Positions 9,774-20,767 of a DNA stretch of 64,000 nucleotides are shown in pieces. The DNA comes from an uncultured virus (IMG/VR IMGVR_UViG_3300030330_001255). Taxonomy: Duplodnaviria; Heunggongvirae; Uroviricota; Caudoviricetes. Location: the IMG/VR virus record IMGVR_UViG_3300030330_001255; one strand, given 5' to 3'. A program made the translations under genes and the position numbers. The first letter of the stretch is position 1; each line of letters begins with the position of its first letter. The notes beneath the pieces are model-generated. The model had not been told where the DNA came from and ran no database searches. It saw only the letters and a program-made list of their open reading frames with translations.

Positions 9774-10959
9774 ATGAGTAGTATATTAAAAGTAGATACG
9801 ATACAGGATCAAGACGGTAATCTGATCATCAGTAAAGATTNNNNNNNNNNCTGGTGGTGCGGGTTTCCAGGGCAAGTATTATTCCTCTACTGCTCCACTT
9901 GTATACGAGGTGAAGGTTGCAGCAAAGACAGCCGACTCACCATACTTTGGTGTTGGTAGTTCTCTTGGATATTATATCAATGGTATACAGACACCTATAA
10001 TAGAATTAAAAGGACAGGATACTTCTAAACCATATTACTATAGATTTGATCAGAGTGATTCATCAAACAGTGGTCACCCATTAAGATTTTATGTTGATGC
10101 TGCAAAAACCACAGAATACACAACTGGAGTAACCAACACAGGTAGTTCACCTGCACCAGGAAACTCAGGAGCATACACACAGATAGCTGTCGATAAGACA
10201 ACACCAAATGTTTTATTCTATCAATGTTCCAATCACGGTAACATGGGTAACTATGTATTACATAATTCAACACATCTAAACACAGGTGTCTTTTTAAAGA
10301 TGCCAGCAACTGATGGCACAAATGGACAGGCTTTAACTACCAATGGTTCGGGTGTTTTAAGTTTTGCTGATGGTGTTACTTTTCCAACAATTACTGGTAT
10401 TAGTCCAAGTGTTATTGATAATAATGCTGCTAACGTGGTCATTACTGGTACAAATTTCAAAGACAGTTCGACACCACCTTTTGTTGATGCGATCAATTCA
10501 TCAACTGGTGCGATCGTGACTGCAAACTCTGTAACATTCACAAGTGCAACTTCTGTAACCGCAAACTTTACATTACCAGTTGACGGCACATACTTTTTAA
10601 GATTAGAAAATAACGATGGTATCGCATGTAGATCAGGAACAGCTTTACTTACTGTATCTGATGCACCTGCATGGACAACTGGAGCAGGAAATTTAGGAAC
10701 AGTTTCAAGTGGCGGAACTATTAACTTTACAGTAGCTGCAACAAATGCTACAAGTTTTGCTGTGCAATCTGGATCAATGCCAGGTGGTGCAAGTTTAAAT
10801 GCAAGTACAGGTGCAATTACTGGTACTGAATCAGGATCAACGCAAACAACAACGTTTACGTTTACTATACGAGCAACAGATGCAGAGGGCCAAACAGCTG
10901 ATCGTCAGTTTAATATTATTGTATCTCATGGATCAAGTGGAGGAGCACAGTTTAACTAA
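9774..10959 (+). CDS. Tail fibre protein with Ig-like domains (cassette 2, gene A), spanning an N gap
   Basis: Removing the 10 Ns gives a continuous frame (...ISKD-SGGAGFQGKYY...EVKVAAK); C-terminal half paralogous to 6554-7345. Confidence 0.65.
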
Positions 10960-12317
10960 TGGCTAGTACATATTTAACAAGAAGTATATCATCAACAGGT
11001 AACAGAAAAAAATGGACTTGGAGTGGTTGGCTTAAAAGAGGAAATTTAGGTTCAAATTATATTATGACGTCTAACAATGGTAGTAATCAATACTCTATGC
11101 TTCAATTTGATAGTGCAGATATTTTAAGATATTATGATTATACAAGTGATTATCAAACTCATTTAAAAACAACTAGAGTTTTTAGAGATACTAGTGCTTG
11201 GTATCATATTGTTTTTGCTTACGATTCTGCACAATCCACAGCAGCAGATAGAGTAAAAGTTTATGTTAATGGTACTCAAGAAACAAGTTTTGGTACATCT
11301 TCTTATCCAAGTCAAAACTATGATAGTTTTATGAACCTTTCAGGAATATCACATTATATAGGTAGAGAAACTGGAACTAGCAATTTGTATGATGGAATTA
11401 TGACCCACGTGCATTTTTGCGATGGTCAAGCATACGCTGCATCAGATTTTGGTTTAACCGATGCTACAACTGGAGAGTGGAAAATAAAAACTGCTCCTAG
11501 TGTTTCTTATGGAACAAATGGTTATTTTATGTTTAAAGATGATAACTCTGTAAATGATGATAGTGGTAATGGTAATAATTTTACTTTAACAGCAGGTACA
11601 TTAACTCCTACACTTGATAACCCAAGCAATAATTTTGCAACACTTAATACTTTATTTAAAGCTGGAGCAGGAACAACAACGTTTAGTAATGGTGCTACTA
11701 CTGGTCAATCGCCTAACTCGCAAGGTAGTGCTGGTGTATCTACATTAGGTGTAAGTTCAGGAAAATTTTATGCAGAATTTAAACAAAGTGCAGAAAGCAC
11801 AGCCAATGAGGGAGCAATAGCCATAGTTGATAGTCATTATATAAATCAAAATTTAGGATTAAGTTCTAGTGGATATTATGAATATTGCGTTGCTACTTGG
11901 GGATTAAGAGATTATAATGGTGGCAATTTTTATTCAAGTAACGGATCAAGATATACAGCCACTGGTCAACACGCAAACTGGTCTAATGGAGATATATTAA
12001 TGGTAGCTTTAGATGCTGATAATAACAGAGTTTATTTTGGAAAAAATGGTCAATGGTCTGCTAGTAATACTTGGTCATCTGCTACTCCATCACAATATAT
12101 GACTATAGACCCAACTGGTTTTGAAGGAGTTTATCACTTTGCAGTAGGTGATAGCAGTAGTGGAAATAATGTTACTTGGCAAGCAAACTTTGGTAACGGT
12201 TATTTTGGATCAACGGCAGTATCTAGTGCAGGAACTAATGCATCAAATCTTGGGACTTTTGAGTACGATGTCCCAGCGGGCTATACTGCGTTATGTACAA
12301 AGGGGTTAAACGAATAA
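10959..12317 (+). CDS. LamG/SPRY-like receptor-binding protein (cassette 2, gene B)
   Basis: Paralog of 7355-8710. Confidence 0.7.
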   Translation: MASTYLTRSISSTGNRKKWTWSGWLKRGNLGSNYIMTSNNGSNQYSMLQFDSADILRYYDYTSDYQTHLKTTRVFRDTSAWYHIVFAYDSAQSTAADRVKVYVNGTQETSFGTSSYPSQNYDSFMNLSGISHYIGRETGTSNLYDGIMTHVHFCDGQAYAASDFGLTDATTGEWKIKTAPSVSYGTNGYFMFKDDNSVNDDSGNGNNFTLTAGTLTPTLDNPSNNFATLNTLFKAGAGTTTFSNGATTGQSPNSQGSAGVSTLGVSSGKFYAEFKQSAESTANEGAIAIVDSHYINQNLGLSSSGYYEYCVATWGLRDYNGGNFYSSNGSRYTATGQHANWSNGDILMVALDADNNRVYFGKNGQWSASNTWSSATPSQYMTIDPTGFEGVYHFAVGDSSSGNNVTWQANFGNGYFGSTAVSSAGTNASNLGTFEYDVPAGYTALCTKGLNE

Positions 12318-12318
12318 T

Positions 12319-13362
12319 ATGGCTTATTCAACAATTAGTAGATCTACAGATCATTTTAGAACAAAACTTTATGCTGGTAATTCAACAGCATCAAGAGGAA
12401 TAACTTTTGATGAAAGTGCAAATATGAAACCAGATTGGGTATGGATAAAAGAAAGAGATGATACCATAAACCACTATGGTTTTGATGCTGTAAGAGGAGC
12501 AACAAAAGGATTATCTCAAAATATAACTAACGCAGAAGTTACAAGAGATAGCACATGGTTTAATTCTTTTGATACAAATGGATTTACCATAGGAGCCGAA
12601 GATAATATTAACGATACTGGTGATAATTATGTTGCATGGTGTTGGAAAGCAGCAAACTCTTCAGGTTCATCTAATTCAGATGGTTCTGTGACATCAACTG
12701 TATCTGCAAATACAACAGCAGGATTTAGCATTGTAAAATTTAATGTAGGAAACAGTGGTGGTAATATTACTGTAGGTCATGGTTTAGGGGCTGCACCTAA
12801 AATGATAATAATTAAAAGTTTAGCTGACAATTATAATTGGGATGTTTATGTAGAAAATGTAGGAAATAATAAAAGATTAATATTAAATGACACTACTACA
12901 GAAAGTTCAAGCACATTTATGAATAATACATCACCAACAAGTTCAGTTTTTACTTTTAAACAAACTCATTATGGTAATAATGCTGATGCTATAGCTTATT
13001 GTTTTAAAAATATTACTGGATATCAAAAAATAGGACAATATTATGGCAATGGAGTAGCTGGAGATCCTTATGTTTATTTAGGATTTAAACCAACTTTTCT
13101 ATTAATTAAAAATGTAGCTGCAACTCAAAGTTGGAGATTAGTTGATATCAAAAGGAATGGTTTTAATCCTAATAATCACATGCTTTATCCAAATCTTAGT
13201 AACGCAGAAAGTACAAGTGAATATGTTATAGATATACTTTCACATGGATTTAGAGTTGTATCAACTGATGCTGGAGTAAATGGTAGTAGTAATAGACACA
13301 TTTATTTAGCTATAGGACAAACAGCTGTAGGAAATAATAATATAGCTTGTACCGCGAGGTAA
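12319..13362 (+). CDS. Tail fibre accessory protein (cassette 2, gene C)
   Basis: Paralog of 8716-9771. Confidence 0.65.
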   Translation: MAYSTISRSTDHFRTKLYAGNSTASRGITFDESANMKPDWVWIKERDDTINHYGFDAVRGATKGLSQNITNAEVTRDSTWFNSFDTNGFTIGAEDNINDTGDNYVAWCWKAANSSGSSNSDGSVTSTVSANTTAGFSIVKFNVGNSGGNITVGHGLGAAPKMIIIKSLADNYNWDVYVENVGNNKRLILNDTTTESSSTFMNNTSPTSSVFTFKQTHYGNNADAIAYCFKNITGYQKIGQYYGNGVAGDPYVYLGFKPTFLLIKNVAATQSWRLVDIKRNGFNPNNHMLYPNLSNAESTSEYVIDILSHGFRVVSTDAGVNGSSNRHIYLAIGQTAVGNNNIACTAR

Positions 13363-13368
13363 TCTCGC

Positions 13369-14007
13369 ATGTACTTCGGTGCTACCCCCTTTTCGGCAGC
13401 AGCCTTCTCTGATGTAGGCTTTAATCCTAATGCATTTGTTAGTATAACAGGTCAAAGAATAAATGTATCAATTGGAAATGTAACACAAACAGCAGATGCT
13501 AATTTTTCAATTACTGGTCAACGATTAAATATATCAACAGGTGATTCAACTATCGTAGGAAAAGCATTAGTTGCATTAACAGGCAATCAGTTAAAACTAA
13601 CAATTAGTAGTGTTCAGGCCTCTATACCAAATACTGCTGCTGTATTTGGTAATCAATTTGAAGTATCAATAAATAGTGTTACAACAAAAGCGGGTGCTTC
13701 TCCTACCATAATTGGCAATAGATCTAATATTAGCGTTGGAAATATAACTACTATAGGAAAAGCAAATGTTAGTGTTGTAGGAGGTAGATTAAATATATCA
13801 CTTGGCACTGCTGTAGCTAAAGCTAATGCAGTTGCTGTTATAACAGGTAATAGATTAAATATTAGTACAACTGAAGTTAGTATTCTTGCTAAAGCTAAGG
13901 TATTACCAAATAGTAATAGATTAAACGTAGCTGATTCTGATATTACATTAAGAATGTGGGAAAGTGTTCCTACAAATGCAACACAAACCTGGACGGAGAT
14001 ACCATAA
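13369..14007 (+). CDS. Repetitive tail/fibre protein
   Basis: ~22-aa repeats GxRLNISxG; N-terminal FGATPF. Confidence 0.6.
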   Translation: MYFGATPFSAAAFSDVGFNPNAFVSITGQRINVSIGNVTQTADANFSITGQRLNISTGDSTIVGKALVALTGNQLKLTISSVQASIPNTAAVFGNQFEVSINSVTTKAGASPTIIGNRSNISVGNITTIGKANVSVVGGRLNISLGTAVAKANAVAVITGNRLNISTTEVSILAKAKVLPNSNRLNVADSDITLRMWESVPTNATQTWTEIP

Positions 14008-14252
14008 TGTTATTTGGAGCAACACCTTTCGCATCAACAACTTTTGCTGGAGTAGGTATACAAAATGTGGTAGTATCTGTTAACGGCAAAAGAGTCAATA
14101 TAAACATAGGAAATACATTAGTTGGATTTGGAGCCAATGTTACAGGCAATAGATTTAATGTTGCAAGTGGTAGTGTTTCTGTGATATCATGGAATGAAAT
14201 AGATCCAAACGCAACAGGGACATGGGTTCCAATAGACCCATTAAACCCATAG
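14007..14252 (+). CDS. Short paralog of 13369-14007
   Basis: MLFGATPF start coupled by TAATG; shared W..I..NAT.TW C-terminus. Confidence 0.65.
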   Translation: MLFGATPFASTTFAGVGIQNVVVSVNGKRVNINIGNTLVGFGANVTGNRFNVASGSVSVISWNEIDPNATGTWVPIDPLNP

Positions 14253-14259
14253 GAGAATT

Positions 14260-14979
14260 ATGGCATCGAGTACATCAAGTGATTTAAAACTAGAACTAAT
14301 TACAACAGGTGAGAAGTCAGGTACCTGGGGTACAATTACAAACACAAATTTACAGATATTAGAGCAAGCAGCATCAGGTTATATATCATTGGCAGTAGGA
14401 TCTGGTGATGTTGCCTTATCTTTAGCAAATCACGCTACAGCAAATGGTAAGAATCTATACTACAAATTAACTGGCACATTAAATGCAAACAGAACAGTTA
14501 CCATGCCAGACTCTTCAGAAAGAGTATTCATAGTAGAGGATGCTACAGCTAGATCATCTAGCAATTACACATTAACTGTTAAAACTGTATCGGGAACAGG
14601 TTTAGCTTTACCTATAGGATCAACAACTATTTTATATTCTGATGGCACAAATATTACAGGTAAATTACAGACAAAAGGTTATTATACAGTTCCTGGTGCT
14701 TACACAGCTGTTAATAATGATCAATTATTAATTGATACCTCTGGTGGTGGTATAAGTAGTTCAGTAACCGTAACTTTACCCGCATCACCTGCTATTGGTA
14801 ATGAAGTTACGTTTATAGATAGTGGTAATAATTTTGCTTCTAATAACTTAACTATTGCTAGAAATGGATCTAATATCTTAGGTGCAGCTTCTAATCTAGT
14901 AGTCAGTGCAAATGGCTCCGCTTTTACTTTGGTATATGTAAATGCAACTAGAGGTTGGGTATACAAAGACAAAATATAG
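14260..14979 (+). CDS. Tail protein
   Basis: TGEKSGTWGTITNTNL N-terminal motif; AGGAG RBS. Confidence 0.65.
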   Translation: MASSTSSDLKLELITTGEKSGTWGTITNTNLQILEQAASGYISLAVGSGDVALSLANHATANGKNLYYKLTGTLNANRTVTMPDSSERVFIVEDATARSSSNYTLTVKTVSGTGLALPIGSTTILYSDGTNITGKLQTKGYYTVPGAYTAVNNDQLLIDTSGGGISSSVTVTLPASPAIGNEVTFIDSGNNFASNNLTIARNGSNILGAASNLVVSANGSAFTLVYVNATRGWVYKDKI

Positions 14980-14989
14980 GGTCTAACGT

Positions 14990-16894
14990 ATGGCTCTAAT
15001 TGATTTTAAATTCAAACCTGGAATTGACAAACAAAATACATCTGTAGGTGCTGAAAATAGTTGGGTAGATTCCGACAATGTAAGATTTAGATATGGTCTT
15101 CCAGAAAAGGTTGGTGGTTGGTCATCTCTTGTAACAGATACAATAGTGGGAGTATCTAGAGCACAACACGCTTTTGTAGATTTAGATGGTAATAGATATG
15201 TTGCTATAGGTACAGATAAATTTTTACTTATTTATTTTGAAGGTCAGTTACATGACATTACACCACTTAAAACAACTTTAACATCTGCAACTATCGCAAC
15301 CACAAATAATTCAGCTACATGCACAATTACTAAAGCTGCACATGGTTTATCTATTGGAGATATCGTACAATTAGATAATGTTACTTTACCAGGTGGTACA
15401 GGTTATCAAAACTCTGACTTTGAAGATAAGAATTTTCAAGTTATCACAGTGCCCACTACAGGAACATTTACAATCACACAATCTAGTAATGCAACCGCAA
15501 CTGTATCTACAGGCGGTAGTTTAAGCATAAAACCTTTTGAACCTGTAGGCCCAAGAGCACAATCATATGGTTATGGTTGGGGTATTGATACATGGGGCAC
15601 AGGTAACTGGGGTGAGGCAGCTTCTGCATCAAGTGTATCACTAGAACCTGGATTATGGTCGTTAAGTAATTTTGGAGAAGTATTAATTGCAACAGTTGCA
15701 AATGGTAAAACTTTTACATGGAATGCTGGAGCAGGGTCGCCTTTAACAACAAGAGCATCTACAACAACATCTAATTTTCAAACAGGTAATAATCCCACAG
15801 CTAGTAGAGTTACTTTAATATCTCCAACAACAAGACACTTGATACATTTAGGTACAGAAACAACTATTGGAACTACATCAACACAAGATGATATGTTTAT
15901 AAGATTTTCTGACAGAGAAGATATCAACACTTATACACCAACTGCTACTAACACAGCAGGTTCTCAAAGATTACAAGATGGTACAAAAATTTTAGCTGCA
16001 ACAAAAGCCAAAGAAAGTATTTTGATATGGACAGATAACGCTCTATATACAATGAAATTTGTAGGAGCACCGTTTACATTTGGTTTTGAACAGGTTGGTA
16101 CAAACTGTGGTATCATAGGTAAGAATGCTGCAGTTGAAATAGATGGTGCCGCTTTTTGGATGTCAGCAAAAGGTTTCTTTTTATTTGATGGTACGGTTAA
16201 ATCTCTTCCTTGTTCTGTAGAGGATTTTGTATATGATAATTTTGATACAACAAAAGGCCAACAAGTATATGCTGGTTTAAACAATTTGTATACAGAAGTT
16301 ATTTGGTATTATCCTTCAAGTGGTGCAGATTATAATGATAAATATGTTGTTTATAATTATGGTGAAAATACTTGGTATACGGGAACAGAGGCTAGAACTT
16401 CTTGGATAGATGCAACAGTATATCAAAATCCTTTTGCTACAAAATATGATTCTTCTGCATCAGGAACTTTTCCTGTAATCGTGGGTGAGTCAGGTCTAGG
16501 ACAAACAACCTATTTTGAACATGAGGTGGGAACCGATCAGGTTAATCCAAATGGAACTACAACAACTGTTACCTCTTTCATACAATCTTTTGATTTTGAT
16601 ATAGCTAACCCACAGATGGGAGAAGGAGAATTTTTCTTAGCTGTTAGAAGATTTATACCAGACTTTAAAAATCTACAGGGAAATGCAAAAGTTACAATGG
16701 CGGTGAAAAGGTTTCCTCAACAATCTCAAACAACTACCTCATTAAGTCCGTTTACAATCACCTCTTCAACGAATAAAAAAGACACACGTGCTAGAGGTAG
16801 ATATGTAAATATTAAAATCGAGAATGATGCGGCTAGTGAATCATGGAGATTTGGCACATTTAAGATAGATATACAACCAGATGGTAGAAGATAA
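14990..16894 (+). CDS. Tail nozzle / DNA stabilisation protein (tubular B or P22 gp10-like)
   Basis: 634 aa, beta-propeller-like (IRFSD.ED, WTD, EVIWYYPS); typical position before the ejection proteins. Confidence 0.7.
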   Translation: MALIDFKFKPGIDKQNTSVGAENSWVDSDNVRFRYGLPEKVGGWSSLVTDTIVGVSRAQHAFVDLDGNRYVAIGTDKFLLIYFEGQLHDITPLKTTLTSATIATTNNSATCTITKAAHGLSIGDIVQLDNVTLPGGTGYQNSDFEDKNFQVITVPTTGTFTITQSSNATATVSTGGSLSIKPFEPVGPRAQSYGYGWGIDTWGTGNWGEAASASSVSLEPGLWSLSNFGEVLIATVANGKTFTWNAGAGSPLTTRASTTTSNFQTGNNPTASRVTLISPTTRHLIHLGTETTIGTTSTQDDMFIRFSDREDINTYTPTATNTAGSQRLQDGTKILAATKAKESILIWTDNALYTMKFVGAPFTFGFEQVGTNCGIIGKNAAVEIDGAAFWMSAKGFFLFDGTVKSLPCSVEDFVYDNFDTTKGQQVYAGLNNLYTEVIWYYPSSGADYNDKYVVYNYGENTWYTGTEARTSWIDATVYQNPFATKYDSSASGTFPVIVGESGLGQTTYFEHEVGTDQVNPNGTTTTVTSFIQSFDFDIANPQMGEGEFFLAVRRFIPDFKNLQGNAKVTMAVKRFPQQSQTTTSLSPFTITSSTNKKDTRARGRYVNIKIENDAASESWRFGTFKIDIQPDGRR

Positions 16895-17061
16895 TGGCTA
16901 AGATTACAATAAGAGTACCAGAACCAAAACAACAATATGATGTATCAAACCAGAAACAGATCAATAGATCATTGGCTAGTATTGTAGAACAACTAAATTC
17001 TACTTATTTAAATGAATTAAAAGAGGAGCAGGAGCGATTTACCTGGTTTTTAGGTGGCTAA
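16894..17061 (+). CDS. Small hypothetical protein (not in ORF track)
   Basis: MAKITIRVPEPKQQYDVSNQKQINR...; coupled to genes on both sides. Confidence 0.65.
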   Translation: MAKITIRVPEPKQQYDVSNQKQINRSLASIVEQLNSTYLNELKEEQERFTWFLGG

Positions 17062-17383
17062 TATATATACAAACGTAAAAGCAGATTTGACAACTAGTGG
17101 AAATACTAGTATTTTTACCGTTCCAGCGGCTACAACTGCTATTATCAAGTCTTTTATAGTGTCAAATGACTCAGGATCTGCTGATGCTATACAGGTTGAA
17201 GTGCTCAACACAACAGGAAATGTGTTTAGTCTATTTAAAAGCAAGGCTGTTGGAGCAAATACTACTATAGATTTGTTAACAAATCCGTTAATATTAACGG
17301 AAAATGAGCAAATAAAAGTACAGGCAACCACTGCAGATAGATTGCATGTAATTTTATCTATGTTACAATTGAATAGGGATTAG
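17054..17383 (+). CDS. Virion structural protein (putative)
   Basis: GTG start; FTVPAATTAIIKS beta-sandwich-like sequence. Confidence 0.6.
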   Translation: MANIYTNVKADLTTSGNTSIFTVPAATTAIIKSFIVSNDSGSADAIQVEVLNTTGNVFSLFKSKAVGANTTIDLLTNPLILTENEQIKVQATTADRLHVILSMLQLNRD

Positions 17384-17386
17384 ATT

Positions 17387-17632
17387 ATGGCATTTAAAGA
17401 ACCAGGCTCAGTTCGCTACGAAACAATAAACGGCAAAAAAGTGCCTGTTGTTGAATGTGAGGCTGAGATAGTTTTAAGAAATACAAAAACAAATTATGAG
17501 TATTCTTCTGACAAAGAGGCAGAAGATGATATTGCAAACCCAGAAACAGATACAGTAAGAGAAGATGTTACTAGATCGGTTAAAATTAAAGTAGCGGAGA
17601 TGCCACCACTAGGTGCTGCATCAGATGAATAA
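17387..17632 (+). CDS. Hypothetical protein
   Basis: ORF within the operon. Confidence 0.6.
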   Translation: MAFKEPGSVRYETINGKKVPVVECEAEIVLRNTKTNYEYSSDKEAEDDIANPETDTVREDVTRSVKIKVAEMPPLGAASDE

Positions 17633-17634
17633 TT

Positions 17635-18852
17635 ATGGCAATCAATAGAACAATGATGAAAAGACAACTATACGAGGACGGAGGTCTGGGGTTAGTGCCT
17701 AGAGAACAATATGGCCTTGGTAGTTTTCTTAAAAAAACTTTTAGAAAAGTTACAAAACCTTTTGTAAAGGTAGCACAAAAATTAGTACCAAAAGAAATAG
17801 CTAAACCTTTAATGGTAGCTGCTCCTTTCCTAGGCCCATATGCTCCACTAATCTATGCAGCAGGTTCAGCAAAAGCAACAGGTAGAATAGATCCAGTAAA
17901 GTTAGCACTAACAGCTGCACCTTATGTTAAGTTTGAGGGTATCAAACCAGTTGGTTATGGTGGATCTAAGTATGGAATATTTGGTGGAGACGAAATTGGA
18001 TTTGGTAAAAAAGTTGGATTACCTGAAGGTACAGGTGTAGGTGAAGATTTAAGAGGAACTAGTATAGCAGATAGAGTAGATAAAGGTGCTAGCAAACAAT
18101 TTGAGGCATTAGCTAAAGGTGAGGGTAAAACAGCAAGTATAAAAGAAGTTGGAGCAGAAATATTAACTGATCCTAAAACCATAGTATCAGGTGGTGTATC
18201 ACTTGCTACATACATAGATGAACAGAAAAAACTAAAAGAAGATCAAGGCTTAGAATTTACAGAAGAAGATTACAATAATGCAGTTAATGAATTTTATTCT
18301 AAATATTCAGAATCATTTGAAAGAGGCTTTGGTCAAACAGGTGGCATAGCACAGACCCGTAAAAATTTTGCTTTAGGTGGAGATGACGATGAGTTACCCG
18401 AAGATCCAACAAAACCTGTTAATCCTTTTCAACCTAAACCCATAGGCCCTGTATTACCTGATAAGATGGCAGAGAGTCGTCCATCACAATTATTCAAACT
18501 TCTAGAAGAGGCAGAAGCTGCAGGAGATGATGATAAAGTCAAAGAGATTAAATCAGATCTATTTAGAGAGTTTGGAATAAAACTAGCAAAAGGTGGTAGA
18601 GTAAAACTAGAAGACGGCACTACTATTACACCTATGAAAAAACCAGAACAGACAGAAGAGAATACTATAATCCCTATGGATACATTTGAATCAAAAATCA
18701 ATAATGCTGTTATGGGTATCAGAGGTGGTATAGATAAAGATCTCATGGTTGAAATGTTGGAAAATCAAAGAGTAGAATTAGGTATACCTGAAGATGATGC
18801 CAAGATGGCAGTTCAAAATTTTATGCTTCGTTTTCGAAGAGGGATTAAGTAA
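17635..18852 (+). CDS. Putative internal virion / ejection protein
   Basis: Amphipathic YGLGSFLKKTFRKV segment; xxGG motifs; position. Confidence 0.55.
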   Translation: MAINRTMMKRQLYEDGGLGLVPREQYGLGSFLKKTFRKVTKPFVKVAQKLVPKEIAKPLMVAAPFLGPYAPLIYAAGSAKATGRIDPVKLALTAAPYVKFEGIKPVGYGGSKYGIFGGDEIGFGKKVGLPEGTGVGEDLRGTSIADRVDKGASKQFEALAKGEGKTASIKEVGAEILTDPKTIVSGGVSLATYIDEQKKLKEDQGLEFTEEDYNNAVNEFYSKYSESFERGFGQTGGIAQTRKNFALGGDDDELPEDPTKPVNPFQPKPIGPVLPDKMAESRPSQLFKLLEEAEAAGDDDKVKEIKSDLFREFGIKLAKGGRVKLEDGTTITPMKKPEQTEENTIIPMDTFESKINNAVMGIRGGIDKDLMVEMLENQRVELGIPEDDAKMAVQNFMLRFRRGIK

Positions 18853-19904
18853 TGCCTACTTCTAATCAAATTCCAATAGAAGAGTTAAATAATATTCTAG
18901 AAGCTAATCAAGAAATATCTCCTGGAATGAAAAATGCTTTAGACAATTTAAAGGAAGAATATAATCAAGCATATAAGTTATTAATGATATATCCAGATCA
19001 GGAAATACCAGATGAATTTGTAGAGGAATTGTTAGGTGCGAGAGAAAAATTAATGGATTATAATTATCTATCTGATGAAGAAAGACAATATCATCAAGAT
19101 ATATTAGAAGGTGCCCAGAAAATGAATAAAAGATTACAAGAAGATCCTACGTTTACAATTGAACGATCAGACGCTGCAAAGGGTGGTTTGATAAAACGTG
19201 TAGGACTTAGAGGTGGTAAGGATGCTGCTCAATCTGATTTTGGTGCAGGGCCAGGTGAAACAAGTTCTGATGCAGGATTTGCTAATACTAGTCCATCAAG
19301 AGTATCAACAATAAATGTTACAGATAGACCAGTATTTGATATTACCAAAGTTGGTGATCCGTCACAAAACCCTAGATCAATAAATGTTAGAGGTGATGAT
19401 AGATTCTCTGGATACACTCCATCATTTGCTCCTAAACCTAGTTTTAAAGATAAGGTGATCAGTAAAGGCAAGAGTTTTGTAAAGTTTGCAACACCATTCT
19501 TAACAAATATAGCTTTTGCTAATTTACCTTCTAATGTTAGAAAAGGAATTGGTCTACTTAATCTAGCAAAAAATTTAGATAAAATAGCTGACATGACTGC
19601 AGAAGAAACCATAGACGAAAGCATGTCACTTGACGAAGATAGACAAGAATTTAAAGGTGGGGGTATTAAAAAAATCCCTATACGAAGCAATAAATATGGT
19701 GTAAAAGAGTTAGATTACAGGAAATCTGGTGGCTTTGTGCCTATTGGTGTCAAAGAAAAAGCAGATGATGTCCCTGCCATGCTATCCAAAAATGAGTTTG
19801 TTTTCACAGCTGACGCTGTCAGAGGTGCAGGAAATGGTAGCATAAACAAAGGTGCACAGAAAATGTACAACTTAATGAAAAATTTAGAATCTAGGAGAGT
19901 ATAA
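18852..19904 (+). CDS. Putative internal virion protein
   Basis: C-terminal ADDVPAMLSKNEFVFTADAV motif. Confidence 0.55.
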   Translation: MPTSNQIPIEELNNILEANQEISPGMKNALDNLKEEYNQAYKLLMIYPDQEIPDEFVEELLGAREKLMDYNYLSDEERQYHQDILEGAQKMNKRLQEDPTFTIERSDAAKGGLIKRVGLRGGKDAAQSDFGAGPGETSSDAGFANTSPSRVSTINVTDRPVFDITKVGDPSQNPRSINVRGDDRFSGYTPSFAPKPSFKDKVISKGKSFVKFATPFLTNIAFANLPSNVRKGIGLLNLAKNLDKIADMTAEETIDESMSLDEDRQEFKGGGIKKIPIRSNKYGVKELDYRKSGGFVPIGVKEKADDVPAMLSKNEFVFTADAVRGAGNGSINKGAQKMYNLMKNLESRRV

Positions 19905-20767
19905 TGGCAGAAACAACTACAACAGTATCTAGACCATCGCCATATGTAGAGGCGTTTGGTAAATCACTTACAGAACAGGTTTTAAAACAGATAGAGAAAC
20001 CAGTAGATACGTCAAAATTTGCACCTCAAGTAGTTGATGTAGATCCATTTACACAACAAGCCATACAGAGAAGAGCCACAGCAGGTGGTCTTGGTCAAGT
20101 AACATTTGATCCTACAACAGGTGCTGCAACAGGAGTTGGTGCAGGTACGGGGATCGCGGCTTTTGAACCTTTTATAGATAAAGCCCAAGAGATGACAGGG
20201 CCTGATGCTTTCAAACAATTCTTATCACCATATCAACAAGAGGTAATAGATAAAACATTAGAGGGTTTTGATAGACAACAATCCATACAAAGAGGTCAGA
20301 TAGGACAAGCTGCAATAGCATCAGGTGCTTTTGGTGGTGGCAGGGAAGGTGTTGCATTAGCAGAGTTTGATAAAGAATCATTATTTAATAGAGCAATGTT
20401 AGAGGCAGGTCTAAGACAACAAAACTTTCAACAGGCACAAGCATTAGCTTCTCAAGGTTTTGAACAACAGACAAATTTAGCTCAAATGGTTCCAGGTCTA
20501 GAATCAGCAACGGCTGCAGAGATAGGTAGATTAGGTTCTGAAGGTTTTGCATTTAGACAAGCAATACAGGATGCTTCTCAAGAAGGTGAGAGACTAGCAG
20601 CCTTTGAACCATTCCAAAGATTAGGTTTTGCACAGGATGTGTTATCTGCACAATATGGTGGTGGATATGGAACAAGATTCCAAGAACAACCAACACAAAG
20701 TCCTCTACAACAGGCTTTAGGAGCAGGTATCGCTAGTGCAGGTATCATAGGAGCAATAAGAGGATAA
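19904..20767 (+). CDS. Putative DNA ejection / pilot protein
   Basis: Q/A/G-rich; SPYQQEVI and GAFGGGR motifs. Confidence 0.6.
   Translation: MAETTTTVSRPSPYVEAFGKSLTEQVLKQIEKPVDTSKFAPQVVDVDPFTQQAIQRRATAGGLGQVTFDPTTGAATGVGAGTGIAAFEPFIDKAQEMTGPDAFKQFLSPYQQEVIDKTLEGFDRQQSIQRGQIGQAAIASGAFGGGREGVALAEFDKESLFNRAMLEAGLRQQNFQQAQALASQGFEQQTNLAQMVPGLESATAAEIGRLGSEGFAFRQAIQDASQEGERLAAFEPFQRLGFAQDVLSAQYGGGYGTRFQEQPTQSPLQQALGAGIASAGIIGAIRG

Noticed and set aside
9774..9959. Apparent frameshift or pseudogene in the tail fibre gene
   Set aside because: Caused by the 10-N scaffold spacer; the frame is continuous without it
6554..13362. Diversity-generating retroelement acting on fibre genes
   Set aside because: No reverse transcriptase and no TR/VR pair differing only at adenines was seen
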